From Pelomyxa schiedti (Eukaryota; Protista; Evosea): a stretch of DNA of 64,000 bases. Shown here piece by piece: positions 14,766 to 26,957 of this stretch. Position 1 is the stretch's first letter. Each line of letters starts with the position of its first letter. Made by a program: the position numbers and the translations under genes. The notes under the pieces are model-generated. The model ran no database searches. It was not told the DNA's origin and worked only from the letters and a program-made list of their open reading frames with translations. The DNA lies in assembly GCA_020536535.1 (NCBI GenBank), contig JAHLWZ010000729.1, forward strand, positions 10,116 through 74,115, given 5' to 3'.

Positions 14766-16777
14766 CTTGATATATACCTTCAGTCACAATTGAAAGTTTG
14801 TCAGGGTAGTTCAGATCAGAGTCACTAGGAGTAAAGAGGGTGATGTGGTCCCTGATGTGCCTTTGAGCAAGGTAAACCAAACGTTCTTGGAAGTCTTGTT
14901 GCAGGTTGACTAGAAGTTTAGACACAGGCTCAAATACTGCCGAGCTTCCAGTGGTCTTGTCAGGCAGATCGAGGTTTTCCACTATCTCGTTCTTAAGCAT
15001 GTGAAGTACTGTACAGAGAGTGTCGAAGTCGTGGGAATGGATGAGGGTGGAACGAAGCACGTCATATAAACATCTACAATAGTTTTGGACAATAACACTG
15101 CAAAGAGTTCAGCACTGAAATTGTCACACATAGTTACAATACATGACATTGGCTGTGTCAGTGCGAAAAAATGTGTTGTATAAATCGAGTTCGACATGTG
15201 AAATATAATTAACATAGGTACATGAGAATTGTGTCTGGGATAGTTAGACCGGGAAAAAAACTGAGAATAGTTACAATGTGGCTCAGATTTGGGCCAGAAC
15301 AAATCCGGGAAAAAACTTTGGAAAACAGTGGAAATAACGAGTTGCGCTGTTGAACATAACAATTTTGACATTCCGCAAGAAATGGTCTGAACCTAAAAGG
15401 CTTGTGTGAAAGAAGAAGTCGAGGAGGTTTCACTACTCTGGTGTGGCTGAGCTTCTCTTTTCTAGCTCTGAGCAAAGGGGGCGCAAGACTGGAGCAAGAA
15501 CCGAAAACTGCCTCATTAATGGTGCTTCATTTATGTCGGCAATATTCATGAGCGAATCGCCCAACGGGTCAGTAGCTTGCATATGAGTCTGGACTTGTGC
15601 ACCAAGTGTAGTGAGACGGGTTACAACTTCTGCGCGGAGCATAGACATAGCTTTATTTTGCACTTGTTTGAACTTGGAGAGGTACACAGGAGACTCCCTG
15701 AAGTTGTACTGAGGTGGGAAAGTACCCAATGAGACTCTACAACAAAAAAATTGCTAGAAATAAAGTTACCTACATTCTCAACGAGAAATGCAATACAAGA
15801 ATCCAATTTTGCAAGTTGAGTAAAAAACTCAGGGTTTGCTGCAGTAAGACTTGGGTTGTGCAGGAATTGAATTGTAAGAGGTTCAAGCTCATCAAAGTGT
15901 GATTTATATGCTTCTGTGATTTTCAAGAACTCTGAAATCCATTGCTAAAGAATAAGTGTAAAGTTTTATAGAGTGCTTGCGAACTTGCTGTTGCTGTAGA
16001 CGGTTGCACGCCTCGTGGAGGGCATGAGACTTATCAGAGGTGTTCTGATAGGTTTCCATGATGGAATTGTAATTTTTATTCCAGCTATCAACTTGGGATA
16101 TCATGTCCTTTATGCGCGAGTGAAAGTGCTGCAGCTGTTCCAGTGTATCACTGGGGACATTTAGTGATAAAGGAAAGTGTTATGTTTGCTTTTTACATAT
16201 GCGGGCCACGGGGTTCGCAAGTAGCTCTATTTTCATGAAGCCAGCGGTAAAACTGCTCTGTTGAGTCCAACGTGCTACCAAAGGGACTTGGCCCAGTGGT
16301 ATTTACGTTTTTAGTGTCATTATCTTGAGATTGAGCCTCTGCAAGAAACTTCTCAAGGTTAACTTTTTATTTACTATGGGTGCGGGTGAAGGCTAAAGAA
16401 GAAGGGGGGTGGAAGAAAAAAAGAGGAAAAACCCCAAAAAAGAAACACACTTTTGCCGGCACTGGTCGCTCCACGCACATCCTGCCCACCATCGAAGCAC
16501 ATTTCTCACACTGCGGGGAGACCTCAGAGTTGGCCAAGAACGTCTGCAGCACAGCCAGCTGGCCCCCTGTGCCGCCCCCCGTCGTCGAGGCAGACGCAGG
16601 AGACGGCGAGGGCGCCGCTGCTACTCCCATGGGAGACCCACGAAGGCTCACGGCCGCCCCCGCCCCCGGCACGTGGAACACCGACCCGCTGGACGTCAGC
16701 GACGATGACGACGACGCCCCAGTCCCGGTCCCAGTCCCGACCCCAACCGCCCCTGACGACGAAAGCACTCCTCGCAT
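13673..16777 (-). CDS. COG3: Conserved oligomeric Golgi complex subunit 3 (Sec34), multi-exon
   Basis: Recognisable segments [57 protein letters not shown] and [16 protein letters not shown]. Confidence 0.9.
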
Positions 16778-16920
16778 CCCACTTGCAAAGTCCAGTGGAT
16801 GATGACTCGACCGTATCGGTTTCTTATCGAGCCCAGTCAGATCGGAATCAAATGTCTCAGTCCAAGACTGAGGAGTGAGGGGCGCACAACACCGTAGAAT
16901 CACGTGTATATAAATTTTAT

Positions 16921-19900
16921 TCACAATCTTTTGTGGACATAGGGTGTTGGGGTGTATGGTGTTGTTCCTCCTGTGGAACTCACTTTGGCTTTTGCTGCCT
17001 CGTTGGGCCTGATGACAACGTATGGTGTGTTCTGTGCCACTGGCTGTTGCTGTTGCATTTTGTTCGTTTGGGTGAAATTGAAGCCGGAATTGGAATTGGT
17101 CTTGGAAGGAAGCTGTGGTTGTGGATAAGCAGGGTTTGTTGTGATGGTTGTTGCTGCCTGGGGAACTCTTTGAGGTGCGTGGAGTGGTGGAAGGAGCCTC
17201 GGCGTGGTGTTGGGGGGGCCCGAGTATTTGTTGTTGCTGCCGTATCTTGCAGGAGTTGATGTTGCCACTGATGATGCATTGTTGCTGCTGTTTGTGATGG
17301 CCGCTGGATTTGTGGATGGTCGGGTGGATGAGGGTGGGAATTGGGAAACCGAACGCGGTGAGGGGGAGAATGAAGGTGGGAGGGATGATGAGGTGTTGGT
17401 GTTGGTTGCTTCGACGCCGCGAGAGTGTGCCGATCGTGAGGTTGAGAGTTCCATCGGAGATTGGAGGGCTCTAGGTACAGATAGTTATATGTGTGAATGT
17501 GAGTGGGAAGCTGGTTGTTTGCGCTTAGGAAGACTTACCTGCGTAGTACAAATACAGCCATTACTGCAATGGCGGCCGCTCGTAGCCGGTGCCTTGGTCT
17601 TTCCGGGGTTTGTACACCAGCATGGGAATTTGCTAAGTCTTGAAGCCGCGTGTTGATAAATTGGTACCTTGAGAGTATGGGAAGTACAAAGAAAATGTGT
17701 GTGGAATGGAAAACGAGTACACACTGGTCCTCGGCTATGCTCACTCTCTGTAAAAGGTAATACTTTTGATCAAGCAAGTTTTGTCTATTGCTGAGATTAG
17801 AGGAGGTCATCGATATGGAGGAAGAAACATTCGCTTTTGCTGTTGTAGTAGTTGTTGCTCAGAACTCTTTAGGCACATTAGTTTGTGTCATAAAAAATAC
17901 AAGTAATCACTTGAGGGAGAAATCATACAGAAACTCTGTTTCTTAGTTCTAAGCATTCTTGCCCCGATTCGCCAGAGTGAGAGTTCTGTGAGCCTCCTGG
18001 ACTGGGGAAGATTAAAAGGAGGGACTGTCACTGGTACACTTTACCCTGAAGTACTGTTTATTCTGGCGACGCGCTGTTCAAGTGCTGTATGTATGTCTTT
18101 TAAGTTTTGCATAGCCCCATCTGGGATTTCAAGTTGCTTTTGCTTCGATCTCACTTCTTGGAGCATCCTAAATTGTGTTTCTTTGGAAAGAACACTGAGT
18201 TATTACCTAAAAAATTGGTTGCGCTCTTTGGAATACTTCAGTTTGCATTTCTTAAATTCTGAGAATAATGAATTTCTACGATGTATTTGCATAAAATACC
18301 GGACTTGGCTTTTTCTAAGTTATCTGTCCAGTGTTGAGCAAAAAGAGAAAACATTCAAACAAACCTGAAAGATCTTGATTTTGCTGTAATACACGGGCAT
18401 TTTCTTCCTTCAACACATCAAAACTCTCCTTCAATAATGACAAGTCAACACTACATATTCTATGGTACAAAACATACTTGGAGTGCCTCAAGAGCTACGG
18501 CTGAGAGGGCCTGTTTTTGCCCTGTTTTAGCTTCATTTGATAGAGCAGCACGAGTTGATGCAGAAAACACTTCAGTGTGCTTCTTTACATTCATTGAACT
18601 CTTTTCACTATTTCGGCTGTTAAAACAAAAAAGACGTGAGGAGAAGTACCACTGCAGTGAGTCGCGCTCTGCCTCCAATTCTCCTCTTAACCTTTCTAGT
18701 TGCTGCCTTTCTTCTGACAAAGCCACTCTATCGTTAGTCAGTTGCTGCCTCTGGATATCCAGCCTCAATTTTTCACGCTCAATTGCTTTCCGCTCTTGGT
18801 TACTCCAATGTTTGAAGTCCGTTTCTTGCTGCTGGACCTGGACAGCGTGCTCCACAGCTGTATCTACATCCTTTATGGCAGCATCTGCACTACGTACTCT
18901 TCCTTGGAGGGTACTTTGTTGCTGCTCCAATTCCGCTCGCTGATGTTCTAAATTTGACTGCACACGAGACATTGCATCACACAGGTCTTGAAATTGTCGT
19001 AAACTGGAAAGAATGTCATCGGAATTACCACGCAGGCCAGCACCGATTACTTTTGAGACAAGTGGGCTATTTCTCATGTGGTGTATAGTCTCACGGAGGG
19101 CTTTATGTGCCTCAAAGAGTTCCGTTTTCAAACGAAGAAACTCTTCACACACTTGTGATACAGATCTAGGTCCCTGAGTCCTCTTCTGCGAGCTTTGTTG
19201 TATGACCGCTTCGAGAAGCTGAGAATCGGATTCTAACTTGATTTCTCTGTCACGCAGCAATGTTCTAGTTTTATCTAACTGGGCTTGATTACTACCCATA
19301 GAGTCTTGTAGATGCCTGAGGTGGTCACATAGCTGGGAGACACTACTTGTGTTGACTTTGTTATTAGAAATAGCAGCAGTCACAGTACGCAATTCTTCAG
19401 TAATTTTGTACAGAGAATGTTGGGCTTCACTTTTCTGGGTTTCTACTGAGTCTATCAACTTTTGGAGTGCAGAACACAAGTCAGTCACAGAGGTTGAAGG
19501 TGAAATGCTAGAAGAGGTTGCATTGCGAGAAATGACTGTTTCAATAGCTTGTATATCACGAGATAAGCCAACACGTTGTGATGCAATATCCCTTTGTGCT
19601 TTTAACACTGCAGATTTTTCCCTGTTCACCTCATCGAGCCAGGCTTTTATGTGCTCACATAACTGGGATAAAGAACAGTCTTCTCCAGGATTCCAGCCAA
19701 GTTCTGGTAAAGACAAGCCTGTTTGAGAGGAGACTTGAAGTACAAAATCAGATAGTAACTTCTGATTGGTTGTTGATTGGGTGGCTGCCTCTTTGGCGGA
19801 TATAAGTTGCATTTGTGCATCGTACTGTGCACTAGCAAGTTGCTCACACATCAATCGAATTTGCTCTAGTTGTTCACTGATTTGGGGTGGCAGATCACCA

Positions 19901-22900
19901 AGGTAATTTGAAGGAAGTGTGCAAATGCCTTTATTACTGTTGACTTCCCCAGCTCCACGAGTATGCTGTATAAGGAGCTCTGATAATATCAACTGAACTG
20001 CACTGCACACTTTTGTCCCGTTGGCATTTGTATGTTCTTGGGGTGTGGATAGGAGTTTCGTATTTACCTCCTCTAATTGTCTCTTTTTTTCTTCGAGTTC
20101 TTTAGACATTTTTGTTAGTTGGTCTCTTTGCTCCCCAGCACTCTTTTGGGTAATACTGGCTTCAAGTAAGTTTTTTTTTTTGGCTTCTAGCTCGGCACAT
20201 TCATCACGCATTTGTACGACCACAGCATACAACTCACTCCTTTTTTGATTTAAATCGTGAACTGCCTTCTTTTGTTGCAATGCAGATCGTCTGAGTTCTG
20301 TCAACTTTTGCTCAAAAAGTGCTGCATCACCAAAGGAGGCATGAGGAAGAGATGGTACCATATTCATCTCTTGGACTTGCCGAAGTACGGATTCATTTTG
20401 CGTTTTAAGCTGGACCATTCTAAGGGACCCTTTTTAAAAGTAATATCCAATTAAAAATGGGCTATACTTGGATTGCAATGAGATAAAGCAATCTATAGCA
20501 CTTGCCTCTTTCCTTTTATTCCTGAGAAAGAAGAAAGAAAGGAAAAGAAACATACAATCTTGAGGAATTTGTCCGCCTTGTTTTTGTTGCCCAGAAGGGT
20601 TAGATGGCGAGGGGAGAAAAGAAGTACACACCCTGGCATCTTGACAATTTCTGCTGAGTGCTCAAGTAAGTGAACTTGGTCTTGAGGATGTGGATGTCTT
20701 TGAAGCCTCACAGGGTTCGAGAGCAGGGAAATTTCAGTTTTATTGGTCTTTGTATCGACTTCTTGGGGAACAGAAGCATTCTGTTCACTTTTAACATTTC
20801 CGTATTCAGAATCGGTTTGGTGATCCTCTTCATCTTCAAAAATGTCTTCTACAATTTCTTCACTCTCTGTTGTCAGTGAAAACTTTGTCTTCTGTGGTTG
20901 AATAGCTATATCCTCCAGGTTTTGATCCGACGGTAATTGTTCTGTAGATTTTTGAATACCGTTCTCTTGAGGTGAATTGTTTGTGAGAATACGTTGACTG
21001 GAGTTACTTGGAGAATTGGTTTTCACCTAAGTATGTAAATAGGAAGGGCTCAGAAAAGTGATGGATAGAAACCTTCTGGAAGGAGTCCTTGTGGGGTGAA
21101 CTTGGTTCTACTTGTTGTGACGGTTTCATATTTATCAATTTTGGCTGCTGAACATTTTGACCAGCAAGTTGTGGCAACTTGGTTCCAGCCTTCAATTCAA
21201 TCTGAGGTACCTAGAAAGATGTCCTTACTGGAGATGAAAATAATTCTAAATACCTGATTGCAAAGACTTGCTAGAGTTGGAGTAATTGGTTGGCCATTAT
21301 GCGGATAGAGTTTCTCAGGTGGGTTGCTGGATGGTATTGTTGAAGTAGAAGTAGTGGTTACGGGAGTAGCAGGTTCTACATCAGATCTGTGGGGCATTTG
21401 AAGGACGGGATTCTGGGTATTTGGAGATTCTGCATCTGAAAGTACAAAGTCACTTTCTTGGTTATCATTAAGCTGTTGCTCTGGGCATTCATCGTCACTA
21501 TTTAAACCACTGTGTGGGCTCTGGGCACCACCAGATTCATACGAATAATTAGGGTTCATGACACCTGGGCCATCATTGGAGCCATCACCAATACTCCCAC
21601 TAGCTCCCTCCAATTGAATTGTAGAGGCACCTTCATCACTGGGTCTACGAAGAGCGTTGTCATTATCACCATCATTAGACTCACCTTCCCAACCACCATC
21701 CGTAGAATGATGACTTGGCAGGGCATCATCACTATTCTCACTGTTATTCTCAACAGGTGCGCTGCTCCCATCAGTTTCATTTGAAACACCATCATCTTTG
21801 AAACTTCTTTCAAAGTGATTTTCGTCCTTGGGAAGTTTTGACACAGGATTGTCTGCCTCCCCATCACTCAAAATTAGTGCATTGTCACTCCCATCACCAC
21901 AGTCACTATAGACTCCATCATACACAACACTGGCGCTGCCACTGTAACTACCATTTGCACAGTTGCCATTTAAACCATCACCACTGGCGTTGCTGTTGCC
22001 CCCATATGCATCATCTTCGTTGCAGCCTTCACCACCTTCAGAAGTGTGGGAATCTGAATTGGCTCTATCATCAATCGCATCCGTTATTTCCGCGGGAGCA
22101 TTAAGCTCATCATATTCTGGTTCTCCAGAACTTGTAGGGTGGTCTTCTTTCCCGGTGTCACTTGAAAATGCATCACTATTGTCATGGTCACTGGGTTCAA
22201 AGGTGTCATGTGTGGATAAATCAGTGGATGGAACTAACACTTGGAAGGAATGAGTTTTCTTTGAATTTGATGGGCCAGAATTTGCATCTGACTGGATGGA
22301 TGAGCTATTCACTGCAGGAAAACGAGAGTTGTACTTGCTAGCAGGGAGTGCTGAGGTTGGTACTTGATTCTTGATGTTGGGTGGAGTGGATGCTGCAGAT
22401 TGAGTAGGAAGGCTCCTTGGTTGGTTGTCTCCAGAGGGACTGGTTGTTCGTGGGTCAACTCGACTTCTTTGGTGTTGCTGCCCAGCTAGTTGATAATCAT
22501 CTTCCACTGATGCAGAGTTCTCTTCCATGTCTCCGTTGTCTCCTTCCTCCACACTATATTCCCCACCTTCATTCCCGTACTCCTCATCGCCTGGGTCACC
22601 ACCCTCGTTTTCCTCGTAGTACTCACCATCACTTTCATATCCCGGCTCCCCACTTGCGGGTTCATTTTCATTTCCTTCATCTGTTATCGCATTCGCATTG
22701 GTCCCCCGTTTCGATTGCCGGTCCTCTGCCTCCTCCATCGAAGCCCGCTGTTGCTGTTGCTGTTGCCGTTCTTGTTCTTGTTCTTGCTGCTGCCGAATTT
22801 GGTTCTCATCAGTTGGAGACGAATTCCCGCCCTGCGATGGCGGTGCTGACCGTAGTTGCTGCGTCAGTGCTCGCGGTGGTTGGGAAGCGGGGGCGCGGGC

Positions 22901-23407
22901 CCATTCGCGCCTCTGTGTAGTTGCTGCTCCCGTCGGCGCCCGCGCCGTGCCGCCCGTGGTGGCGGTGCTTGCGCTTGTGGGGGAAGTGGCACCCCGACCC
23001 GAGCCCGAGGCCGACCCCGAGCCAGAGGTAATCGACGGTGCGGAAGCCGTATCTCCCGCGGAGCCCCTCGTGCCCCCGCCCACTGGTGCCGGCGGCGCTG
23101 TGGCCGAGGTAGGTGCCGAAGTGCTGGGCAGCGCACCTTGGTGCTGCTGCTGCTGCTGTTGTCGTTGTTGCTGCTGTGGTGGTTGTGTGGGTGCTGCTTC
23201 CTTTACAGTTGGGCGCCCGTTTTGCTGAAGCGCGGCTTGCGGCGGTATTTTGGTGGCTACAGTTGGTTTTGTTGTTGGTTGCTCGGGCGTGACCTTGGGT
23301 TGTGGCCGACGCCCAGGCATTTCAATAGGGGCCAATTGGCGCCCCCCGCTTGGTCCTCGCATCATTGTGGGGTGGTCTCGTTGCAAACGAGCGCGGCTGC
23401 GGAGCAA
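16921..23407 (-). CDS. Large multi-exon coiled-coil protein with disordered/acidic N-terminus and a PACT-like C-terminal motif (pericentrin/AKAP450/Pcp1-like centrosomal scaffold candidate)
   Basis: Same-strand ORFs 21197-23407, 20493-21026 and 18460-20418 (heptad-rich) linked by GT-AG introns. Motif NRQNLLDQKYYLL...RPRHRLRAAAIAVMAVFVLRR at about 17540-17790. Intron 17538-17471 keeps frame into the terminal exon. Confidence 0.65.
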
Positions 23408-23612
23408 AAACGAAAATCACGGTTTCGGCCGAAAAAGGAATTCGACAGAAAGTTTGTCAAGTGGGACGAAAGCGACAGCGTTCCGGTTTGTTGATTTTTT
23501 TTATTGCCCACCGGTGTTTTGCAAAGCCAGTCACGTGTGTGGAAGGCTTAGGTTGGCGGTAGATACAATGGCAGTGTTGGAGGTACACTGTAGTGCTCGG
23601 TGAAAGAGGTAT

Positions 23613-25960
23613 TCAGTGACGGTCGGCAGAAGGTGGGTGGGGTGAAGGTGTTGGGGTGGTTTGGGCTTGGTTTTGTGGATTGGAATTGCTTGTACGTGAT
23701 CCAGGCAGTTCAGTGTTATCGGATTTACCAACTTGCTCTTCAGCGGAATTCGGTTGTTCGGCGGAGGTTCTTCTTGGTTCCGGAGCAGGCCTCAGTGATA
23801 CAGAATGGGGAGCTCCGGGGTCTTGTCCTTGTCTGTGAAGGGCGACAACGGACTTGAGGAGGTCGAGCAAAGTCTGACCTTTGCACTTGATCTTATTCGA
23901 TTTAAGGTACTTCTTCACCGGCTTCTTTTTCAATTTGTTTTCAGCTTCATTAATGAATGCTTCAGCTACAATGAACAAAAATGAGGAGAAAGAATGTATA
24001 GTAGGCGCTGCTGACACACATTTTAATAACTGCAGAACTTCCTTCTGTAAAGTTTCTTCCTCCTGCAACTGCTTAGCAATCATTTCAGTCTCCAGTTTGT
24101 TGAACTGGGGTACATATGGGGGCCTTGGCCTCTTCACAACAATTTTAGGCAACTTGTTACCTGTAGGAACCGGGAGTACAATGGAAGGTGTTGGTAGTGC
24201 TGCTGTAGGTGGAAGTGGTTCAGTTGACTTGCTTGGCAGGCGGGGCAAGGAAGAGACCTCAGCGTGAAACTGTTCTGAAAGTATCTGAACTGCTTGTTCA
24301 TCACCCCGAAGAAGGCGTTCAGCAATTTGGATGGCCTTACAAAGCAAGGCGGGACTCTGCACTTCTTCCTCAGTGTGATGTTCAAACAACACCAAATTTT
24401 GGAACAGAGAGAAGGTGAAAGTTTGTGCCAGCTTCATCCGGCCTAGGGGGTGCAGTAGGGCTTGATTTGTGGCAGCAGTAAAGTCCATGCCTCGTAGAAA
24501 AAGCTGGATTGCACGGAGGTGTTTGGGACAGAGAGGGCGGGAGCAGCTAACACCAGAGTTGGGCAAAAGAACTTGGGCCACTAGCGGATTTAAGCAGCAT
24601 CTGGGAATTGAATCCTTCAATAAGCTCGTAGTCACAAGAGCAGCAGCTACAACGCCACCATAAGGCAGCACAGAGAGCCGACGCAGTGTGGATTCCAAAT
24701 GCTCGAGGTGCTCGGAATATAGCCAATCATGCAGGGAACTAATGGTCTTCAACTTACAGGGAGTAATTTCTTTGTGAATCAGAAGATCTTGTGAGTGAAA
24801 ATGAGATTATTGAGTGCCTTTTGAGTACTCATACCTGAAAAGGAGATACTCTTCTGCATCAGGTGCTCGTGGGTCTTGGGGAGAGCTGCTTGTAGAATGT
24901 TGAGGAATGGAACCATGAAGCCATGGGATGGCTGAGTCCCGGGTTCTGTAAAGGCTGCATCTTCAAGGACAATACCAGAGCAAACTTCCCAGCACAGAGG
25001 TGCCCATATGTTGTGCTGTGTGAGGAAATCACTATGCAGCGGACAAAGCCTCACGCGCATCTCCTCTAAGCTTTCCGGAATATAATGTTCAAATAAGTAA
25101 CGAAAGTGTGCCTGATGCTTGTCGAAAATTTCGGGTGTACATCTACTCTGTAGGTAAGAAAGCATTTGGTGGCAGGAATCCCCGGAATCCCCCAAAGATG
25201 ATGGCCTGTACTCCCGGACAAATGCCATCAACGCGTTGGGAGTAGTGGGCAGTGATCTTCGAATATCTAGACACCCAGCAGAGTTTCCTGATAAAACTGC
25301 CAAAAGAGCTGTGTGGTATGGCTCCAATGTCAATTTGGTGCACAACTCCTCCCTGGCGGCTATAATGAATGTCACAAATTAGGAAGCAGATACAAAGTGA
25401 CATCGTACCTGGTTATGCATTTGAATGAAGGGTATCGTATCCAAGATGTGACACCCTGGTAAAACAGGATTTGGTTGTCATTTTCGCCAGACAATACGCC
25501 AACGGCTTGCCGTTCCCTTAAAGGCTTCGAATACGACGAGCAACACGAAAGGGTGCGTGCCGTACAAAACAGCGGGGAAACCCCTTGGGTGAGGAACGTT
25601 GCAGTGATCGCATCTTGGAGGAGAAGTAACTGGGGCAGAGGCGGCAGAGGCTGAGGAACAGGAAGTGGCTGGTGCCGCGGGTGCCCTCTTGTCTTTGGGC
25701 CTTTCTAGGCGCTCCCATAACGATCTTTGGCGAGAGGGGTTGTTGGGGTCTTGTCGGGGTCCAAGAATTGGAATCATGACATTGTCAAGTAGCCGAAGAC
25801 TTTCATCGTGCACGTTGCATCCTTTTGCCAACAGCCATCGCAACATCCTTCTATTGGGAGAAGCACAATTGGAGTCAGTGCTTTTTGCGTCATTTCTGAC
25901 AGAAACGATGTGAAATGATGCCGAAGTCCGAGAAAGTACCGTTGGTGAAGGTCCAGGCAA
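23613..25960 (-). CDS. Hypothetical protein, multi-exon; 5' end uncertain (may reach about 26340)
   Basis: Three long same-strand ORFs (25478-25960, 24779-25375, 23613-24752) separated by short intron-sized gaps; no family recognised. Confidence 0.6.
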
Positions 25961-26561
25961 AAATCAGGCTGGACCCGTCCACTACAACGGGGGAGACTGT
26001 GATAGGCGCAACAAAATCGTGTTCCTGCACCTCAAAATCACTAACAATCTGTTCACAACCTATGTTTGTGTGATGAGACGCACTAGTCTTTTACCACTTG
26101 TTGATTTTTTCAGCTCAACATATTTTTGGGACGCAACCAGAGCACACTACTCGTCGTGCTTCCACATATCCAGTAGGAATTCCACATACAACCGCGTAAG
26201 TGCTTATCCAAAAACATACCCCATAGAATCCCATCCAAGCAAAAGCGAGACAGCAACAAAACCGATTTTCATATTTGCAACCTTGGACCCAGAGTGAATA
26301 CCCTCCCATTAAAAGGAGGTTCCTTTTTGCAGCCATCGTCCACCTGAGATACCAGCAATATGACCCACCTTGAACAAAAGTATAACCGCAGCCCCACCTT
26401 CAATTAAACCAGTATAACCAGTAGCCGTCAAACCTCCGTCAAACCAAACACACAACAAAACAAACAAAGCATCACGCAAACCAAAAAAATAACCCAACAC
26501 AACGCGGTAGCAGACACCTACACCACCACCAATCCCCCTCAACCCCCTCTGTCGTTCCCAG

Positions 26562-26569
26562 TATAAAAA
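26562..26569 (+). promoter_or_regulatory. TATA box upstream of the tRNA-like Pol III unit
   Basis: TATAAAAA, 31 nt upstream of the predicted 5' stem start at 26593. Confidence 0.55.
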
Positions 26570-26592
26570 GTTCGTAATAAATGCCCCTACAT

Positions 26593-26696
26593 GTGGGCTT
26601 AATTCGTTGCGTAGCTCAACGGTAGAGCGCCTGGAGAACAGGGTTAGAAGTGTCGGTTCGACTCCCACCGTGTCCGTATCTCACAATTTTTTTTTT
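26593..26696 (+). ncRNA. tRNA-like RNA polymerase III transcription unit lacking a canonical anticodon arm (vault-RNA-like or tRNA-derived ncRNA, or tRNA pseudogene)
   Basis: A box TAGCTCAACGG 26612-26622 with D-stem GCTC/GAGC; B box GGTTCGACTCC 26655-26665; shrunken arm CCTG-GAGAA-CAGG; terminal pairing GTGGG/CTCAC; T10 run at 26687-26696. Confidence 0.65.
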
Positions 26697-26957
26697 CCCC
26701 CCTTTTTTGGCTGTGGTTTGGGGATGCATGATACTCACCCCCAAACACCACAACACCAGAGAGATCCACTGCTGCTGCGTGCCCCACCCAAAAGTCTTTT
26801 CGCTTTGCTCAATCTTTTGGGTGGTTACCGTTTTTTTGGTGTTTCCCAGCGGCCTTTCGATGCAAAAAAGCATAGACCCCTTTTGGTAAACTTGTATGTC
26901 TTTGCGGAAAACTGTAGCTTTTTTCCTCTTCCTTTTTGGCTCTACTCATGTTTTTTT

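Noticed and set aside
16367-17470. Continuous open minus-strand frame running from the PACT-gene last exon into COG3, suggesting a fusion or readthrough
   Set aside because: The strand is C/A-rich and T-poor, so stops are rare by chance. The frame that preserves the PACT motif ends at 16921.
26605-26678. Canonical tRNA gene (for example Ser)
   Set aside because: No 5-bp anticodon stem with a 7-nt loop can be drawn, and the acceptor and T stems are mismatched. Kept only as a tRNA-like ncRNA.
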